Source of the DNA: Macrostomum lignano
Lineage: Eukaryota
Direction of reading: 5' to 3'
DNA length: 64,000 bases
NCBI GenBank assembly: GCA_002269645.1
Contig: NIVC01000012.1
Coordinates: forward strand, 1,240,001 to 1,304,000
Shown piece by piece: positions 12,001 through 23,946 of the stretch (the first letter of the stretch is position 1; every line of letters starts with the position of its first letter). Under the pieces are notes generated by a model that saw nothing but the letters and a program-made list of their open reading frames with translations, was not told where the DNA came from and ran no database searches. The translations under genes were made by a program, and so were the position numbers.

Positions 12001-15000
12001 TCGCTTGATGGTCTTCGACCCCTTTGGGCAAACCACTGGGCATGGATAGTGCTTGACGGTCCTGTGCTTCCTGCACTTCTTTCCGACTCGTGTATTCCAG
12101 GTAGTGATGACGGATCGGTAGCGCCTCTTACCGCCGCACTTGGTAACACTGACCTTCTTGGCCTCGTCGCACACGATGTGAACGCAAGGAACAGCAGACT
12201 TGGTCACTCGCTTGATGCAATGCTGGTGACAAACTTTCGGACTTCTTTTGTGGCAGATGATCTTGCCAATGTAGAAAACTTTGGTTGTGACTTTGTGCTT
12301 TGCTCCCTTTGTACAGTTGCTGGTAGTCGTCCTCGACTTCGGGCACCGTCGGGGTGCTGAAATTAGAAATTTTTAACATAAGCGATATGCTGATTTATTT
12401 GATTAGAATGCTGTTGTTATCGAACTAATTTCTTGTGTTGTTTGCACGTACTACTGTAGAATGTGAATTTTGCAGGCACGTGTAATATTCCTTGTGTCCT
12501 GCTGAGAGAAACTGTACGAAAAACAGGAAAATTTTACTTTTTGTTGCATTGACATATTAAGCATTTATGGGGCTTCTTTACAAGGTCGAAAATGCAATAA
12601 CTGACCTTTCAAAACAATGTGTGTAGGGCTTTCGTCAGGGTAAATATCGATGCAATGAAATTTTGACGGTGTGATGGAGATTTGACTTAAGATTGTTGTT
12701 ACAAACTTTGATATGTAGCTTCCATTTATAACAGTTGTGCCAAATGATTGGCCGAAACGATTCTAACTGTTTAAAATACTTTTCCGAAATTTCACATCAG
12801 CTACTCTTTCTTTAACTGAGTCTACTGCTTAAGAAAAAGCTTCGTTCCTAATGTCATAATCCGAAGTTTCTCAACCAGTGGCAAATAAAGAGCTAAAAGT
12901 GCGCTTCCGTCGACCAGTATAAACTTTTAATCAGAGTTTTTACAGCAAGACAAATAGAGTGAACCAGTTTGTCTGAAACAATAATTTAAACAACTTCACC
13001 ATTTCTTAGGAGTGGTTGCTACTGAAAATTTCAACATAGGCTTGACAGCTAGTGCCTGAAAAAGCTGATTCCCCCAGAGAACCTAAAAAGCTTCGAATTA
13101 AACAAGTTTTTTAGGCTTTTTGTTTTAAAAAGTAAGTTTTTATCAGAAGCGCCACAATCGCACAGGAATAAGAGCAAAAAATTCTCTTACTGCACAAACC
13201 ATTTAAAATAAAGCGATCGAGCTACGATGCACCGGCAAAGTAAAATCCCAGGTCTGTGAAATCTCCAGTGGAATCCCCAGTGGAATCCCCTTGAATGGAA
13301 TCCCTTCCCTTAGTCAAATTTCTCAGGGGAATCTCCTCAGTAGAATCCCACTTGGTGGAAATCCAAAGAGTCGAATTTTAAGCAGTGAAATCCCAACCAT
13401 TAAAAGAGCATTCAGCATCCCTACTCAACAATGTATAAGTAAGTAATATGCACTTGGTAATGAAATCCCATAGAGCAACTCAGCATCATTCCCGCTCAGC
13501 ATCATTCCCGCTCACCATCATTCCCGCTCACCATCATTCCCGCTCAGCATCATTCCCGCTCACCATCATTCCCGCTCACCATCATTCCCGCTCACCATCA
13601 TTCCCGCTCACCATCATTCCCGCTCACCATCATTCCCGCTCACCATCATTCCCGCTCACCATCATTCCCGCTCACCATCATTCCCGCTCAGCATCATTCG
13701 AGCTCAGCATAATTTACTCTATTCCCCTCAGCACAATTCCCTGATCATTCATATCATACTGCACATGAGCATCTCACAGTCCCGCTCACTATCATCAATT
13801 GATGCAAACTAGTTTAGCATTAACGAAGCGTTCTTAAGGCAGGTGCATTAGTAAACTCGTAAAAAACAAATTAATGACGCAATAAAAAAGAAATTAAATT
13901 TCTAGGATCAGCGCATAATGGTACCTCCCCGCCTTTTCACTGGCGTTCAATAATTTTTCAGTGATTATCCGCTACGAGGTGGTCTCGAACCATCAATGGC
14001 TCTCTTAGCCTAAATTCTTAAAAAGGTTTCCCTCCCGTGTACAAAGGAACTGCTATTTACACTCAATGATGGTCAACACTCCCACTGAGCCTAGCTAGCA
14101 AAGGCAGAGTGATGATGCGATCTCGATTGGAATAGTAATTTAGCCAGTCAATGTTTTAGTATATCAAGTCGCAAACCAGTCGGTCAGAGGACCAGAGCAC
14201 GTACAATTGATCACATAAGCATTGTACACAGCCAGTCAGTCAGAAGGTGTAAGCTATAGATGCCTATAAGAAAAAGAAAATCCCATCACCACCTCACTGC
14301 CAGTGTGAAAAAAGAAAATTAATTAAAACCTTCAGTTCTGACTCTGATGCAACCTAAGAAGATGCTAGCTTTTCTGCAGTCACAGCCGATCAACTATAAT
14401 CCGACCTTGCAAAAAAGCAATTTTTCTTCCCGTAAAGCAAACGTTTTTTAAAATTTTATAACACGACGAAAATAACTCTTTAACGCTCAATCAGACACCA
14501 GCATAAGTCCAGACACCGTAAAATCCATCCAGCTATTTTAAAGCATTGAACTTCCACCTGACTAACTGACAACCGCAGGTTTAGTTATATAGACAGTAGA
14601 TACAAGTAACTTACGGCATGGGATTCTCTTCTTCGTGATACGCTTCAGCGGTACACAGCGTCCGCGAATTCGCTTGTAGTAAACCTCGATCAAGTACTTG
14701 TAGGCGGAGTGCTTCTTGCAGCGCTTGAGCACGGCCTTAACTTTACACGGAGTAGGGACTGGTGGGCAAGGCTTTTTCTTGCTAACCATGTGTCTGACGC
14801 ACTTTGCGGTGCACTTGCCCTTGTGAACGCACGAGCGACGAACAGTGTAGCTGATGATGGACTTGACCTCGAACAAGCTGTGCGACTTGCCCTTGGAGCA
14901 GGGTTTACGGATGACCTGAGTCTTCGGGCACTTGATCGGACACGGATAGCGCTTGGTGGTCTTGTGCTTCTTGCAGATGCCTTTTACTTCGGTGTACTTG

Positions 15001-18000
15001 ATGGTGACGACAACACGATAGCGACGACTGCCGCCGCACTTTGTCACGTGGTCCTTGTCCTTCTTGCACTTGATTTTCTTGCACGGAACAGCCGAGCGCT
15101 TCACCTTCTTGATGCAGTGCTGCGTGCAACGAGGCCGCTTCGACTTTGTACACCTGACATGCGACGTATAGAAGATGTGCGTCGTGACTCGCTTGACGAC
15201 TCCCGGCTTGCACTTTGTGCGGATCGTCTTGGCCTTCGGACAGCGTCTTGGTGCTGCATTGTGTTTACATTTTGATCAAAGAATGAGATATCATTTAGGG
15301 AAACTAGAACACTTACTTAAGAGCGTACTTAAAAAGCATGATTATCAATACTTACGACAAGGCTGCTTCTTGACGATCCTTGTGCGGTGTTTGCGGCACT
15401 TTCCGTCGACCAGCATGTAGCTGATTTGCAGGAACAGTCGGTAAGCCGCGTGCTTAGTGCACTTCTTCACAATCATTGCCGGATCGCAATGGATTTTGAT
15501 GATCTTGCACTTTTTCTTAGTGACAGTCTGCTTCCTAATGCACTTGCCGCCGCGATCGATAAACACCACCTTGGTAAGCTTCCTGTAGCCCTTGCGGCAC
15601 TTCTTGTCCAGGAGCAGCAGAGGCTTCCTGTTGCACTTGCACTTAATGATGGACACCTGGACTTTCTTCTTGTGACACACCCAGCCGGTTTTGTACTTGC
15701 GCGACTCGTAGAAGTTCAGGAAGGTCTGCGTGCGTCCAGCCTTGCACTTGCTGCCGACCGTCGTCTTGTGGTAGTGAATCTGGTGGGACGAGCAGCCAGA
15801 GCAGCGGACGCGACGCACGGATTTTCGTCGCCAGACACAGCGTCCGTGGACCCGAGTGCGGTACTTCGTTGTGATGGTTCGGAAGTTGTGCACACACTTG
15901 GTGGTGTGGTAGGATAGCTGGTATCGGCACTTGCGCTTCTTGCACGGCTTCCTGGCTGACCGCTTGTGCTTCTTCACGCACACAATCTTGCAGCGGCGCG
16001 CTTTTCCAGACTTCAAAGCACCTGAGAAACAGTTGTGCATTCGTTTAAAGTAAGGTATGCTTGTAAACCATTGCGAACTAAAATAATTGGTTGCTAAACG
16101 TTTTAGGCATTGGGACTTACGGTGACACACTCGCTTCTTCACGTAGTAATAGGTGATGATGTACGAGTGTGAGTTCTTCTTCGAGCATCGGACGTGCACC
16201 TTGCGCGGCTTCCTGCAGCGATGTGGCGGCTTCGGACACAACACGCGAGAGTGGATCAGCTTGCGGATGCAGTGCAGTGTGCAGATACGGCCGCTGCACC
16301 TCTTCTTAACGGTGGAAGTCGCGATCGTGAGAGTCCGGTACTTCCTGCCCTTGCCGCACGAAGTTCGCTTGATGGTCTTGGACCTCTTCGGGCAAACCAC
16401 TGGGCACGGATAGTGCTTGACGGTCCTGTGCTTCCTGCACTTCTTTCCGACTCGTGTATTCCAGGTAGTGATGACGGATCGGTAGCGCCTCTTACCGCCG
16501 CACTTGGTAAGCTTGACCTTCTTGGCCTCGTCGCACACGATGTGAAAGCACGGGACACCAGACTTGGTCACTCGCTTTGTGCACACCTGTCGGCATACGA
16601 TCGGCTTCTTCTTGCTGCACACAATCTTACCAGAGTAGAAAATCGTAGTGGTGACCTTGTGCCTGACTCCCTTTGTGCACTTCGTTTTGGTTACTCTCGT
16701 CTTCGGGCACTTGCGAGGTGCTAAAATATTAATTCAATAAGCAGATATAAACCCTGGTTTTGAAACTTCTATTTTGACTAGTAGATTAGCTACCCTTGCT
16801 ACTTGTCAAGGAACGAGCTACTTACGGCAAAGAAGTCGGGCAATTGTCTCTCGCTTGTAGATGACACAAGTTCCGCGAACATTCCTGTAGAGCGCCTTGA
16901 TCTGGTACTTGTATGCAGAGTGTTTGCGACACTTGGTCCAGAAGGGCGGAGGCTGCTTGCAGCGACGATCTGGCGGACGCGTTTTGCACCGCTTTCGCGA
17001 TCGCAGAACTCGTCTGACGCACTTCACTGTGCACTTGCCCTTGTGAACGCACGCGCGACGAACGGTGTAGCTGATGATGGACTTCACAGAGAACTTGCGA
17101 CCCTTTTTGCAAGGCCTTATGATGGTCTGAGTCTTTGGGCACTTGACCGGACACGGATAGCGCTTGGTGGTCTTGCGCCTCTTGCAGACGCCTTTTACTT
17201 GGATGTACTTGATTGTGACGACAACGCGATAGCGACGACTGCCGCCGCACTTGGTCACGTGGTCTTTGTCGCCCTTGCACTTGATTTTCTTGCACGGAAC
17301 GGCCGAGCGCTTCACCTTCTTGATGCAGTGCTGCGTGCAACGAGGCGGCAGAGACATCGTGCACTTCACACGCGACGTGTAGAAGATGTGCGTCGTGACG
17401 CTCTTCGCCCTGCCAGGCTTGCACTCTTTGCGGATGATCTTGGCTTTCGGACAAGTTCTCGGAGCTGCAATCAAGGCGAAAGCGAATAATCACTTAGCAT
17501 AGTTACGAATAATCTACATAGTTACGGATTCGGCTTCTCTTAACATGCGCCAATGGCGTTGCAAGTCACGCCTGGGGGCACAAAGGTGCAAAAGGTATTA
17601 ATATACTCGTTTTTCACGAGTGCATTTACTTACGGCACCGGATCTTCTTGATGACCTTCCGGCTCTTGGGAACGCATTTCTTTCCGTTCCACCGGTAGGT
17701 GACTCGAGTAAACACGCGATAGGCCCTGTGCTTCTTGCAGTGACGGATGAGAGTCCTGCTCGAGCAGTCCTTCCTGCAAATCTTCTTTGCAGAAATCTTG
17801 CGCTTCTTCACGCAGATTATCTTGCACACCCGTTTTCCTCCTGACTTTGATTTTGATTTTCCCATGTCTGAAGTTGTAAATTGTAAATTACAAGTTATTA
17901 AGCATCAGACCAGCATCTAGCATGTGTCCGTTCTCCTACCTGTGCACACTTCCCGAACGACGCTGCTGACGATGGAATCAAGCTTGTTAAAGTTTCCGGC

Positions 18001-21000
18001 TCGCCAGAATCTTCCTTTGCTTGAGATGCCCTTTAGTTCAGCCCTGCAGCAGTAGATTTCGAAAGCAAGCATGCTTCGCTTATAATGTCTTATTTGAATC
18101 AGGTAACCTATGTTCTGTAATACAGTTTAAGAAATGTATTCTTACGGATTAATCTTGTCGGTCACGCTTGGGTCGGGGTTGTAGATTCCGACAGAGACAA
18201 AGCGGGCGCCCTTCTTCTTCAAGACTTTAGCCGAGGCGACGGGGTCACCCATCGTGCTCTTGCCGTCAGTGATGACCACGACAATGAACGGGACTCCAGC
18301 TCGTCTCTTCGGGTAGATGTCACTGTTGACAAGGTCGATAGCCGCATAAGTCATTGTGATTCCCTCGTCTCGTGGAAGCTTCGACATGGCGGCCAGAACC
18401 TGCGACTTGGTTTTGTACTTGTCCAAGTTGAACACGAGTTTCGGTCTGGTCGAATAAGTGACAACAGCAACGCGAACGCCAGTCGGAGATACGCCCATCC
18501 TGCGAACGATGTGCTGAACAAAGCGAGATTCTTTGGCAAAATCGGCGTCGTGAATGCTGGTCGAAGAGTCCAGAACGAACACGAGGTCGGCAACCTTGCT
18601 GCAGGTGCGACTTGGCGGAACAACCAGACCGGTGCAACCCTTCTTCTTCTTGTAGTAATACGTAGTGGTGTAGGAGTACTTGTGCCCAGCCGAGCATCGC
18701 GTGTGGACTTTGCGCGGGGGTTTGCAGCCGTGTTTTTCCTTGCCACACTTGACTTTCTTTATCAAAGTCTTGTGAGGCACACATTTACTTCCTTTGACCG
18801 TGAAGTGAATTCGGATGGTTCTTCTATATCCTCGAATGCACGGTGTTGTTTTCGTCGTATCCTTTTTGCAAGACTTGCCTAAAATATTTAAACGGATTTG
18901 TATTAGTTGTTTGCCTGTTTTTGAGAAAAAGCTGTATATTCTAATAACAGTTTCATTCATGTTTTTAAATTAAATTTCTTACAATTTCGCTTTCGGATAA
19001 CCACTCGAGTTTTGTGGCACCGCCTGGATTCCTCGCCCTGATAGACGGTAACGAAGCTGGTAATGAAGCCGCTTTTGCAGGCTTTTCCCGTGGTTACATG
19101 CTGGTAGCTACGTTGCTTAGTGGTGCATCCACCACAGGGGATCAGTCGAACTAATTTTCCATGAACTCGAACGCATGGACCGGCAGGTTGCAGTCTTGTT
19201 AAGTACGTCCAATACACGCCGCGATAACGGCTTCCTTTACGGAGACATTGGGTCTCGATTTGGATCCTGGCCTTTCTTGGACAACGTTTTTTCAAAACGC
19301 ATCGCCGTTTAGTAACATGCAGTCTCTGGTAGCTGCATCTGCCTTTGTGTGAGGCGTAGAAACTAGAGTAGATCGCTTTACTACCTCCAGTGCACTTGCG
19401 CCCAACAGTTATGTGAAAGATTCGAATCTGGTGCTTGGAGCAGCCACTGCACGGAACTTTTCGAATGACCTTGATGCGAACTCGCTTGCAACTGCCGCGG
19501 GTTGTACTGTAGAATCCCCAGAAGATTCTACGAAAGCCTGATTTTCCGCAACGTTTTTCTATCATAAGCCGGCGCTTGACGCATCGAACTGCAATGTGTG
19601 GGAAAGATGCAATTCTGAAAGTGGCATAATATTGATATTAAATTTGATCATTTAGCCTAGTTAAACGACATTCTTACTCTTTCGACAGGGCTGCTTCCTT
19701 CGGACTAGCCGCTTGCTGCATCGCCAGACGCACTTTTTGTGGCTGCAATCGTGAATCTTGGAGGTGTGCACTCGCGTAACAACGCGTAGGCGCGTTTTAG
19801 GGTTGCATTTTCCAATGTGAACCTTTGTGCCTTCTTTGCAGACTGGAGCTGTAGGTGTAATATGGAAGTAATCGATAGAAGCATATTTTAGTTTTATACA
19901 GTACTATAATAAGCCTTTTAAATCAAATTTCACGCCAATTTAGTTCAACGGATCACTTACGATTGGTGCAACGAACTTTGTGCACCTGCTTGAATGGCAT
20001 ACAGGTGTTGCGAACCATCTTGTAGAACTTGACAATGCGCTTCTTATAGCCAGCAACGCATTTGCTAACCAGCACTCGGCGATACTTTGGACAGCGAATC
20101 TTCAGAGCGCCATGGACAGCTGGCTGGGCTACAAAGCTGATGCGCATGCGAAGTACGTACTTGTATGCGTACTTAAGCTTGATCCAGGTGCGAATATGAA
20201 TGTATACGGTGCTGATAACCTGCAGGGACGCATCATTAACATCAGCCCCAACACCGATCACCAGGATTGAAACGCTCATCTCCTGCAGTCTGTTGCTCTC
20301 TACTTCCACGCTGCGGCCGTAGTTAGAATCTCCCGAAGTGATGACGATGAGCATTTTGGCACTCTGCTCAGCTGAATCGGTTAGAACCTGTTCCCGAACT
20401 AATAAGAGGGCATCGCCTATGGCTCGGTGCTTGCCAGTCATCAGCTTGAGGCCCTTAATAGCGGTGATGACGCTTGATTGGCTGTGGTACTCAGTCAGAC
20501 GGAAAGCCAGGCTGGCACGGCTAGAGAACAGGACAACGGAGACGCGGACGCTCTTGGCGCCGATCTTCATCTTCTGAATCATAGAGATAATGAATTGCTT
20601 CTCGTAGCCAAAGTGCAACTCGCCAAGATCTTGCGAGGCCTGCATCACCAGAATGAGTTCCATAGCCTGGCTGGCGAAGCACTGGCTTTTCTCGCAGCCG
20701 CACGACTTCCTTTTAATAACTTTAGTAATCGGGTTGCATTTGTTGAGCGTTTTGACAAAGCCAATTTCCATGGTTTTGCGGAAGCCGTGCTTGCAGGGAG
20801 TCTTGTACCGAACCGGCTTGGGACACTTCAATACGCTGCTCATGGTCATTTTCACTGAAATTGTTTAGGTTTAGTAAGTCTGTTATTAGCATGCAATTCA
20901 CTGCCTGTGAGCCGCGATGGATCTATACAGGGAGCGGAGATTAATTTCTCCCCCGGAGATAAACTCGAACTAAATATTCAGATTTTATAATGCGCTGTTA

Positions 21001-23794
21001 ACAAATAAAGAATTCCGTTGTCCATGGTAGCGGAGATAAGCTACTGATAATCTCCGTACGTTTTAACACTAGGGAAAAGACAAAGCGAACAGGCAGAGTG
21101 TACTACATTAGAATAATACACTTTAACTCGGAGATACTCTATGTTTTGGAGTTTATGCCTAGGGTATCTTCTTGTTTCAGTGTATTATTATATATTTATA
21201 AAAGATACTGCTATGCCTACGGGCAATTGGAATGGTACCAAACATTACATAAGCCTTAGACAGATTGTTTAGATTTTGTATAAATAATGTATAAAACATC
21301 TCCCGTTTATTCATTTTTCTATGGCCGTCAGAATGACTTAGAAATTATTAACTTCGAGAGTTAAGTTCGAAGTTGTTTTGACCATAGAAAAATGAATTAA
21401 CGGGAGATATAGAAGTATTTGCTTTGACCATAGAAAAATGAATGAACGGGAGATATAGAAGTATTGTCCCCACTTGGCTCGGTCTTTCTGATCGACATAA
21501 GAAGCAGAAAACAATTTTAATCAGTTTAGGTGAATGGCTTGTACACGAAGTATAAAATTTGTAAACATGACTGACAGCATTAGTCTATGGTTAATTGTCT
21601 ATGGTTCTGATCGTTTTTATGGTCATATAGATCCTTTTTTTCGCCCGGGACAAATAAATTTTTCAACACAACACCACAGACTTATTTGACCGGGGCGATT
21701 GGGGAATAAGCGCCGTTTAATTCACATTCTATGGTTAAAAAGTCCAAGACTGTATTTAACGGTCTCGAGGCGATCGAAGCGAGCAGAGGACTATTGAGTG
21801 TGGCCGATTACTTTTTAACCATAAACTATGATTATTAATATTATATATGAAATTCGATTGCAATTTTACAATGCTAAAAATCTACTATGTTTGTTTGTGG
21901 CCAGTCCGTAGTCTATGGTAAAAGTATTTCACTTTCAATCGGAGGAGAATTCAATCGTCTAATGGTAAATTAAGTCTATGGTTTCAGAATTTTTGCCACT
22001 TGGATTTTTAAATATTGGATTATTATTTAATTCTGAAATCATAGACATAAGCGCATTATCGTATACACGATCAATTTCGGTTGATCATTCTATATGATAA
22101 TGCTATACTGATAGCTTTAAACGGTTTAATTCTCCTCAAAAGTGGGGACTTATTTTCGTCAACGACGGATTCCCGGCTTAGAATAATAGAATTGAATATC
22201 CATTCAGACTCAGCAGCAGACAAGAGTGTCCCCCCTTCTTCGCAAGAATTTCGAGCGTTTCTCAGTTGAGTGGCAAGACTCTGGGCCATAGACATTTATT
22301 CTGACACAGGACTCAATGCGCATCTCTCAATCTACAGGATTTGAGATAGACAGTTTGATGAAAACGAATGAAGACAGGAAATTAGAACAGTGGAAATTTT
22401 AATTTAATAACGCGTGTATCCTTGAACACCTTTGTCTTTTGCTGAGTATAAGCAATCGTACTTTTTATCAATCTTTCAATGCCGAATGGTACGAATTTTT
22501 GGAAAGCTATTGATCTAGCCGCAAAATTCAACTTTTAAAATCGAATGTCAACTCACTCTTCCATCGGATGTGCATGTGGATGAAGGCGTCAACCACGAAC
22601 TGAAGACTGGAAAACTTGGGCACCCAGACGTACTTTCCAGCTGTAGCGCGGCTCTTCCAAAATGCCCTGTTCAAAATCAAGAGTATTTAACTGCACAAGT
22701 TGCTTGGTGGCTGCACTTTAGGAATGAAATTAATTTTCTGCGCTCGTAATCTGTTTAAATTTTCGCAGTTCAATAACACAATAGCAGCAGTAAAACGAGC
22801 AACTCACTGAGACACATCGTAGCCCACCATAACTGGCAGGAATGTGACACCCTTGGCCGTTAGGTAGCTAACTTGATTCGACACGCTGCGTCCAGAGTTC
22901 GAGTCTACGCTAGCGAGCACCACGATCAGTTTGCCGCTGAACCGGCGTCCTTTCCTGAGAATGCGCCGCCTGTAGAAGTACAGAGCCTCGCCTAGCGCCA
23001 CGTTCCCAGCCTTGCTGGCGTATCGAGTTCGCCTAATCTTGGAGATGATGCTCGACTTGGCTGATTCGAAACCGAACAGCAAGTGAGGCCGGGTGCCGGC
23101 CACGATCATGTTGACGCGGACTCGATAGCGGGCGACTCGCAGCCGGTTGACCAGATGGGCGGCGAACTTGCGCCAGCGCTGGAAGTGCTTGCCGTCCACC
23201 AAGAATGTGAAATCGATGGTCGAGGTGCCGACACAGATGCCTTTGCGGCAGCCGCCGCGTAAGCCGCGACCGGCAACCCGCTTTTTTGGCGACGAGTGGC
23301 CTGCGATGTTTGGGCAGGGCTGAATGCATACATTGAACTATTATGCGTAAACTAAACTAAAATAAGTCAATTTACTAAATTCTCTAGAAAGTTATTTGCT
23401 GATTTTTGCTTCGTTTTCTTAGAAACAATTTAACCTGATCATTTGCGGTGCGTAAAGATAGTTTTATTATAGAGTAAGTAATGTAACGCCAATATATCAT
23501 TCACTTGTCATTTGTTATCAGAGTCAAATCCATTGACATCCATATAGATAGATGCCAGAATTCAGTTCGTTTATAAAATCCACACAAAAAATTATACATG
23601 TTGAGCCACATAATGGCAGGACTAAGTCAGTTCTAGTATTTTAAGCAAGCACAATCCAATGAGGTTTTTTAGCCACTGTCGTTAGGCCTTCTATTGGCCA
23701 AATTGAGTTGACTGGCCACAGAGTTTGGGTGCCATGTGGGGGGGGGGTCGAGTACTCGTGGTCTCTGGCAACTGAGTAAGGGCTGGGTGGGGCT

Positions 23795-23870
<76 letters not shown>

Positions 23871-23871
23871 T

Positions 23872-23946
<75 letters not shown>

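Noticed and set aside
4-18882. Long plus-strand Leu/Ala/Asp-rich ORFs (176-243 aa) over the giant gene
   Set aside because: Antisense shadows of biased Lys/Cys/Val codons; they track the minus-strand exons and show no domain or splice logic.
22071-22295. 74-aa ORF in giant-gene intron
   Set aside because: No recognisable motif or matching splice sites; possibly TE debris.
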